From Rhodanobacteraceae bacterium UBA703 (GTDB taxonomy: Bacteria > Pseudomonadota > Gammaproteobacteria > Xanthomonadales > Rhodanobacteraceae), in assembly GCA_002297645.1 (NCBI GenBank), contig DBMH01000098.1, positions 45,357 to 109,356 of the forward strand: a stretch of 64,000 nucleotides of DNA, in the 5' to 3' direction. A program made the translations under genes and the position numbers. This document shows positions 58,732 through 64,000 of this stretch, piece by piece. Below the pieces are notes generated by a model. The model did not search any database, was not told the origin of the DNA, and was given only the letters and a program-made list of their open reading frames with translations. The stretch's first letter is position 1. Each line of letters begins with the position of its first letter.

Positions 58732-59619
58732 ATGCAGGCGGCCGCAGCAGAACTCGAAAACGTGAGCCACCGCTACGGAGCGGTCACGGCGCTCCACGGC
58801 GTCGATCTTTCCGTGCGCCAGGGCGAATTGCTGGCCCTGCTGGGGCCCAACGGCGCCGGCAAGAGCACGGCGATCTCGTTGTGGCTCGGCCTGGCGCAGC
58901 CGACGGCCGGAGCCGCGCGCCTGTTCGGCGAACCGCCGCAGCGCCTGTCCGCACGGCGCCGGGTCGGTCTCATGTTGCAGAGCGCGGGCCTGCCCGAAAC
59001 CTTGAAGGTGTGCGAGCTGCTTGCGCAGACGCGTGCGGCGTATCCGGATCCGTATCCGACCGGCGATTGCGTGGACATGGCCGGTCTCGACGGCCTGATG
59101 GGGCGCCGCTACGGGAAGCTTTCGGGCGGCCAGCAGCGGCGCGTGCAGTTCGCGCTGGCGATCTGCGGGCGGCCGTCGCTGCTGTTCCTCGACGAACCGA
59201 CCGTCGGCCTCGACGTCGAAGCCCGCACCGCGCTGTGGCGGACGATCCGGACCCTGGTCGCCGACGGCAGCGCCATCGTCTTGACGACGCACTATCTGGA
59301 GGAGGCCGAAGCGCTGGCCGATCGCGTCGCCGTGCTCGCACGGGGCCGCCTGGTCGCCGACGGCAGCGTGTCGCAGGTCCGTGCACGCGTGGCACAGAAA
59401 CGCATCCGCTGCATCAGCACGCTCGATGCCGGTACCGTCAGTGCGTGGCCGGAAGTGCGCAGCGCCTGCCGCGACGGCGAGCGCATCGAGATCGTCACCG
59501 ACGCGGCCGAGCTGGTCGTGCGCCAGCTCCTGTTCGAGGACACCGGCCTCGCCGAGCTCGAGGTGCAGCGCGCCGGTCTCGCCGAAGCCTTCGTGGAAAT
59601 CACCCGCGCTGCGGCCTGA
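58732..59619 (+). CDS. ABC transporter ATP-binding protein
   Basis: GPNGAGKS, LSGGQ, LFLDEPT, TTH. Confidence 0.95.
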   Translation: MQAAAAELENVSHRYGAVTALHGVDLSVRQGELLALLGPNGAGKSTAISLWLGLAQPTAGAARLFGEPPQRLSARRRVGLMLQSAGLPETLKVCELLAQTRAAYPDPYPTGDCVDMAGLDGLMGRRYGKLSGGQQRRVQFALAICGRPSLLFLDEPTVGLDVEARTALWRTIRTLVADGSAIVLTTHYLEEAEALADRVAVLARGRLVADGSVSQVRARVAQKRIRCISTLDAGTVSAWPEVRSACRDGERIEIVTDAAELVVRQLLFEDTGLAELEVQRAGLAEAFVEITRAAA

Positions 59620-59649
59620 TCGCCTCGCCGCCCTACCAGGAACGAACCC

Positions 59650-60429
59650 ATGAACGCCGTTGCCGCCTTGCCCGAGCCTCCCTTCAACGTGCTGCGCTGC
59701 TATCTGCTCGAGGCGAAGCACGAATTCCTGCGCCTCCTGCGCACGCCGATGTTCTGCATTCCCACACTGGTGTTCCCGGCGTCGTTCTACTTGATGTTCG
59801 CGCTGACGCTCAGCCGCGGCGGAACCACCGGCGGGGCGAGTCCGTCGGTCCACATGCTCGCCAGCTACGGCGTGTTCGGCGTGATGGCGCCGGGATTGTT
59901 CGGCTTCGGCGTATCGGTCGCGGTCGACCGTGATCGCGGCTGGCTGCGCCTGCGCCAGGCATTGCCGATGCCGACGGGATCCTATCTGGTGGCCAAGCTC
60001 GTGATGGCGATGCTGTTCGCGGCGCTCGTCGCCACCCTTCTTTCGACGCTCGCGCTCACCTTGGGCGGCGTGCGGTTGCCGCTGTCCGCCTGGGCCAGCC
60101 TGTTCGCGGTCGAGGTGTTCGGCGTGCTGCCGTTCTGCGCGATCGGGCTGTGGATTGGCAGCCTCGTCAATGCGCAGGCCGCACCGGCGATCGTCAACCT
60201 CGTCTATCTGCCCATGTCGTTCCTGTCCGGACTCTGGATGCCGCTGTCGATGCTGCCGGCCGTCCTGCGCGATGCGGCGCCGGTATGGCCGGCCTACCGC
60301 CTCGGCCAGCTCGCCCAGGCGGCGGTGGGCAATCCGTCGAACGGCGCATTGCTGGTGCACGTCGGCGTCCTCGCGGGCGTGACCCTGGGCTTCCTCGCCT
60401 TGGCGCGACGCCGGTTGGCCCGGGGATGA
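59650..60429 (+). CDS. ABC-2 type transporter permease
   Basis: About six TM segments; DRDRGWLRL; FLSGLWMP. Confidence 0.92.
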   Translation: MNAVAALPEPPFNVLRCYLLEAKHEFLRLLRTPMFCIPTLVFPASFYLMFALTLSRGGTTGGASPSVHMLASYGVFGVMAPGLFGFGVSVAVDRDRGWLRLRQALPMPTGSYLVAKLVMAMLFAALVATLLSTLALTLGGVRLPLSAWASLFAVEVFGVLPFCAIGLWIGSLVNAQAAPAIVNLVYLPMSFLSGLWMPLSMLPAVLRDAAPVWPAYRLGQLAQAAVGNPSNGALLVHVGVLAGVTLGFLALARRRLARG

Positions 60430-60524
60430 GCGCGACCATGCGCCTCATCCGTGCCCGGCTCGTGTTCAGCGTGCTGCTGACTGCCTTGGTCCTCGCCGCC
60501 CGGGCCTGGCACGGCGGCGTATGA
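60426..60524 (+). CDS. Putative 32-aa single-pass membrane protein
   Basis: MSATMRLIRARLVFSVLLTALVLAARAWHGGV; ATGA overlaps with both the permease stop and the kinase ATG. Confidence 0.6.
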   Translation: MSATMRLIRARLVFSVLLTALVLAARAWHGGV

Positions 60525-61726
60525 TCGGCGCGCAAACGGGAGTTCCTGCGATGCAGCCCTCGGATCCGTGGTGGCCGCGACTGAAGGCGTTCGTGACGCC
60601 ACGCTACGACGAGCTCGGCTGGGCGCCGTTGTGGACCCTGCTGTATCTGATGTTCCTGTTCACGAACTGGGCGAATCGCCCGGTCGAAGTCTGGCTGCTT
60701 CCGACCGTGCTCAGCCTCGTGGTCTTCCTGCCCCTGTATTTCGTGGCCTATCGTCGCAGCGGTCGCCGCGTGCTCGCCTATGCCGCGACGATCGCGATGC
60801 TGGGATGGGGGCTGACGCCGTTCAACCTCTGCGCCAATACCTACCTCATCTATGCCTCGTGCTTCCTGGTCCATGCGGGACTCTCCCTGCGTCGCATCGT
60901 CGCCACGATCGCCGCCGGTGCCGTCGTGTACGCGCTGGTGCTGGTCGCCGTCGGGTTGCCGATGCAATACGTGGGATTGACCACCGGCATCACCCTGCTG
61001 CTGGCGGTGGCGATCACGTCCGCCAACTACTTCCATCGCGAGAAGCGGCTGCGCCAGGCGGAACTGAAGCTCAGCCATGACGAGGTGCGCCGTCTCGGCG
61101 CGCTGGCCGAGCGCGAGCGCATCGGCCGCGACCTGCACGACCTGCTCGGCCACACGCTGTCGCTGATCACGCTGAAGTCGGAGCTCGCAGCCAGGCTGTT
61201 CGAGCGCGACCCGCAGGCGGCACGATGCGAGATCGTCGAGGTCGAGCGCGTCGCGCGCGACGCGCTGGCGCAGGTGCGGCGCGCCGTCACCGGCATCCGC
61301 GCGGCCGGACTCGCGGCCGAACTCGCCTCGGCGCGTCTGTTGCTCGAGTCCTGCGACGTGCGCCTCGACTACCGGCTCGGCGGCAAGGGACTCGGCGACA
61401 CCGAGCTGCCGCCGGAGCTGGAGACCGTGCTCGCGCTGGTCGTGCGCGAGGCCGTGACGAACATCCAGCGTCATTCGGGGGCTGCGCGCGCGCGCGTCGA
61501 GCTGGCGGCGGCGCCGGGCGAGGCCCTCTTGCGCATCGAGGACGACGGCCGTGGCGGCCTCATCGAGCCCGGCAACGGCCTCAGTGGCATGCGCGAACGC
61601 CTGCGGGCGCTCGGCGGTCGCCTGGAAATCCACTCCACGCGCGGACAAGGCACGATCCTGGTGGCGGCGCTGCCGCTCTCGCCGAGGCCGCCGATCGCGC
61701 CGGCGATGCGCGAACTGGCTCGCTGA
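60521..61726 (+). CDS. DesK-like membrane sensor histidine kinase (HisKA_3)
   Basis: About five TM helices; ERERIGRDLHDLLGHTLS; REAVTNIQRHS; DDGRG; GNGLSGMRER; start 60521 or 60551. Confidence 0.93.
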   Translation: MIGAQTGVPAMQPSDPWWPRLKAFVTPRYDELGWAPLWTLLYLMFLFTNWANRPVEVWLLPTVLSLVVFLPLYFVAYRRSGRRVLAYAATIAMLGWGLTPFNLCANTYLIYASCFLVHAGLSLRRIVATIAAGAVVYALVLVAVGLPMQYVGLTTGITLLLAVAITSANYFHREKRLRQAELKLSHDEVRRLGALAERERIGRDLHDLLGHTLSLITLKSELAARLFERDPQAARCEIVEVERVARDALAQVRRAVTGIRAAGLAAELASARLLLESCDVRLDYRLGGKGLGDTELPPELETVLALVVREAVTNIQRHSGAARARVELAAAPGEALLRIEDDGRGGLIEPGNGLSGMRERLRALGGRLEIHSTRGQGTILVAALPLSPRPPIAPAMRELAR

Positions 61727-61790
61727 GCTCGCCTGCGGCTCCGCCCGCGCGATACAGTCCGCCGATCCCTGTGCCGGAGTCGTTTCAGTG

Positions 61791-62390
61791 ATGCGAGTGC
61801 TCTTGGCCGAAGACCAGGCGATGGTGCGCGGGGCGCTGTCCGCGCTGCTCGGCCTCGAATCCGACATCGAGGTCGTCGGCAGCGCCGCCGACGGCGAAGA
61901 GGCCTGGCGCCTGCTGCAGTCGCTGAAGCCGGACCTGCTCGTCACCGACATCGAGATGCCCGGACTGACCGGCCTCGAGCTGGCGCAACGCGTGCAGCGC
62001 CACGAGCTGGCGTGCAAGGTCGTCATCGTGACCACGTTCGCGCGCACCGGCTTCCTGCGCCGCGCGCTCGACGCCGGCGTCGGCGGCTACCTGCTCAAGG
62101 ACGCTCCTGCCGAGCAGCTCGCCGAGGCGTTGCGCAAGGTGCATCGCGGCGGCCGCGCGATCGACCCGCAACTGGCCGTCGAGGCCTGGTCCGAGGCCGA
62201 CCCCCTCAACGACCGCGAGCGCCAGGTACTGCGTTTCGCCGGCGAGGGCATGAGCGCCGGCGACATCGCGCAGCGCCTGAACCTCTCCCACGGCACCGTC
62301 CGCAATTATCTCTCCGAGGCGATCGGCAAGCTCGGGGCCGGCAATCGCATCGAGGCCTATCGGCTCGCGCGGCAGAAGGGCTGGCTGTAG
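61791..62390 (+). CDS. DesR-like NarL/LuxR response regulator
   Basis: VLLAEDQ, TDIEMP, YLLKD, LuxR HTH (LSHGTVRNYLS). Confidence 0.95.
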   Translation: MRVLLAEDQAMVRGALSALLGLESDIEVVGSAADGEEAWRLLQSLKPDLLVTDIEMPGLTGLELAQRVQRHELACKVVIVTTFARTGFLRRALDAGVGGYLLKDAPAEQLAEALRKVHRGGRAIDPQLAVEAWSEADPLNDRERQVLRFAGEGMSAGDIAQRLNLSHGTVRNYLSEAIGKLGAGNRIEAYRLARQKGWL

Positions 62391-62516
62391 CGTGCGGGCC
62401 TCGCGGTTCGCCGGCGCAGGCGTTCGGGCTGACTTCGACTTCCAGGCTCCATGCTCCGTTTCTTCCCGTTCATCCCCGCAGTGTGCGCTCGTCGAGTCTC
62501 GAGATCGTTCGGGCGC

Positions 62517-63752
62517 GTGCCCGTTCCGCCGGATCCTGGCCTCTTGAGACGGCTTGCCTGGCTGGCTGCCTTGTTCGCAGCGCTCGTCGCCGGCACGGCG
62601 TGGGCGGCCGATCCGGCGCCGGCGGTGTACGTCTGGCAGCGCCAGTGGACGCCGGCGCTGCGCGCCGCGCTGGCCGACAGTCGCGATCTGTTCGGCGAGG
62701 TGCGCGTGCTCGTGGCGCAGGCCGGGCACGGCGGGCGCTGGCTCGAGACGCAGGCCGATCCGTCGGCGTTCAGCGGCGACCGGCGAGAACGCATCGCAGT
62801 GATCCGCTACGACGGTACCGGCGCGCCGCCGGAGGCCGCCGCGCTCGGCCCGTACCTCGATCGCCTGCTCGCGCGCTGGCGTGCCGAAGGGATGCCGTTC
62901 GGCGGCGTGGAGATCGACTATGACTGCGCGACGGCGCAGCTGTCCGCCTACGCCGCGCGCCTGCGTGAACTGCGCGAGGCCCTGCCGGCCCCGTTGCGCC
63001 TCTCGGCGACGGCGTTGCCGGCGTGGCTGGACGCAAGCGAACTCGATGCCGTGCTGGACGCGCTGGACGAGGCCGTGCTGCAGGTCCATGCGGTGCAGCA
63101 ACCCGAGCGCGGACTGTTCGATGCCGCAACAGCGGAACGCTGGGCGCGTGCATTCGCCGTGCGCACGCGCAAACCGTTTCGCATCGCGCTTCCCGCCTAT
63201 GGTGCGCGCCTGCATCTGGATGGGGACGGAGCCGTGCTGGCAGTCGAGAGCGAGATGCGTCTCGACGCCGCGGACCGGGCGGGAACGCGCGAGGTCGTCG
63301 CCGAACCCGATGCCGTGGTCGGTTTCCTTGCGCGTCTCGCACGGGAAGCACCTGCGCACTGGCGCGGCGTGGTCTGGTTCCGCCTGCCCGTCGCGGGGGA
63401 TCGGCGGGCGTGGACGTTGGCCGCATTGCGCGAGGTCATCGCGGGCGAGGTGCCGCAGTGGCGGTTCGAGACGACGCTGCGTGCGCAGCCGGGCGGCGTC
63501 TTCGACGTCGCGATACGCAATCGCGGCGGCATCGCCGCACCGGCACCGGCCTTGCACCTCACCGGCGGGCACTGCGCGGCCTACGACGGGGTCGGCGACT
63601 GGCGCGTGCGCCGCCGCGGCGACGTGCTGCGATTCGAGTCCGCGCCCGGACGCCTGATCGCGCCCGGAAGCGAACGTGCCGTCGGCTGGCTGCGATGCGC
63701 GCAGGCGCCGCACGCTATGATCGAGCCGACACAGGGAAGCGACGGTAAATGA
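62517..63752 (+). CDS. DUF3142-like exported protein
   Basis: Signal peptide; YVWQRQWTP, GVEIDYDC, TALPAW, VLQVHAV, GVVWFRLP; start uncertain (62451 or 62517). Confidence 0.75.
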   Translation: MPVPPDPGLLRRLAWLAALFAALVAGTAWAADPAPAVYVWQRQWTPALRAALADSRDLFGEVRVLVAQAGHGGRWLETQADPSAFSGDRRERIAVIRYDGTGAPPEAAALGPYLDRLLARWRAEGMPFGGVEIDYDCATAQLSAYAARLRELREALPAPLRLSATALPAWLDASELDAVLDALDEAVLQVHAVQQPERGLFDAATAERWARAFAVRTRKPFRIALPAYGARLHLDGDGAVLAVESEMRLDAADRAGTREVVAEPDAVVGFLARLAREAPAHWRGVVWFRLPVAGDRRAWTLAALREVIAGEVPQWRFETTLRAQPGGVFDVAIRNRGGIAAPAPALHLTGGHCAAYDGVGDWRVRRRGDVLRFESAPGRLIAPGSERAVGWLRCAQAPHAMIEPTQGSDGK

Positions 63753-64000
63753 GAAAGAGTGTCTTCGCGCTGTTCGCGCTCGCCTCGGCATTCGAGGCGT
63801 CGGCCTGCGGACCGGAGTTCCCGCAGAACCTGCTCGACGATCGCGCCGCTACCCTGGCCGACCTGCCGCAACGCGGTTTCGCACGGGAGGCGGCGAGCCT
63901 CCTGCCGGCGCCGGATCGTCCGTTCACGGCGAACGAGCGGGCCGACTGGATCTATACCGAAGCGGTCACGCGGGAACAGGTGGAGCGCACGTGGCTCGGC
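63749..64000 (+). CDS. Exported hypothetical protein coupled to DUF3142 (partial, runs off window)
   Basis: Not in ORF track. ATGA overlap; MRKSVFALFALASAFEASACGPEFPQNLLDDRAATL...; open to window end. Confidence 0.75.
   Translation, partial: MRKSVFALFALASAFEASACGPEFPQNLLDDRAATLADLPQRGFAREAASLLPAPDRPFTANERADWIYTEAVTREQVERTWLG

Overview
High-GC gammaproteobacterial chromosome segment. Gene order and protein sequences point to Xanthomonadales/Rhodanobacteraceae (Dokdonella-like); this is inference. The backbone is mostly conserved housekeeping: corC(part)-ybeY-phoH...miaB, slt, degS, petABC-sspAB, nadC, DUF1631, purEK, sodB/grxD, olsF-like, an Oar-type TonB receptor, ppnN, tRNA-Asn, fimT, uvrB, tRNA-Val, thrS-infC-rpmI-rplT-pheST-ihfA-merR-tRNA-Pro, pip, two psiF paralogues, a lysine 6-aminotransferase-like gene, an ABC/DesKR-type operon and DUF3142 with its partner. 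No integrase, transposase, prophage or CRISPR array was seen. The most notable accessory signal is two unrelated 'regulator + large exported repeat protein' cassettes: AraC with a Kelch/Ig protein inside the miaB-phoH cluster, and a ToxR/CadC-like wHTH-TM-TPR sensor with a CSLREA/choice-of-anchor-Q protein. Both exported proteins carry a similar IF-x-[DE]-[GA]-F-[DE] motif at or near the C-terminus, a candidate sorting/anchoring signal. Other signals missing from the ORF track: a 32-aa hydrophobic ORF coupled on both sides inside the ABC/two-component operon, an attenuator-like thrS leader, a Pho-box-like promoter ahead of the Oar-type receptor, an ATC start for infC and a GRxR-type orphan FimT. 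All family calls are from motif recognition by eye; no searches were run.
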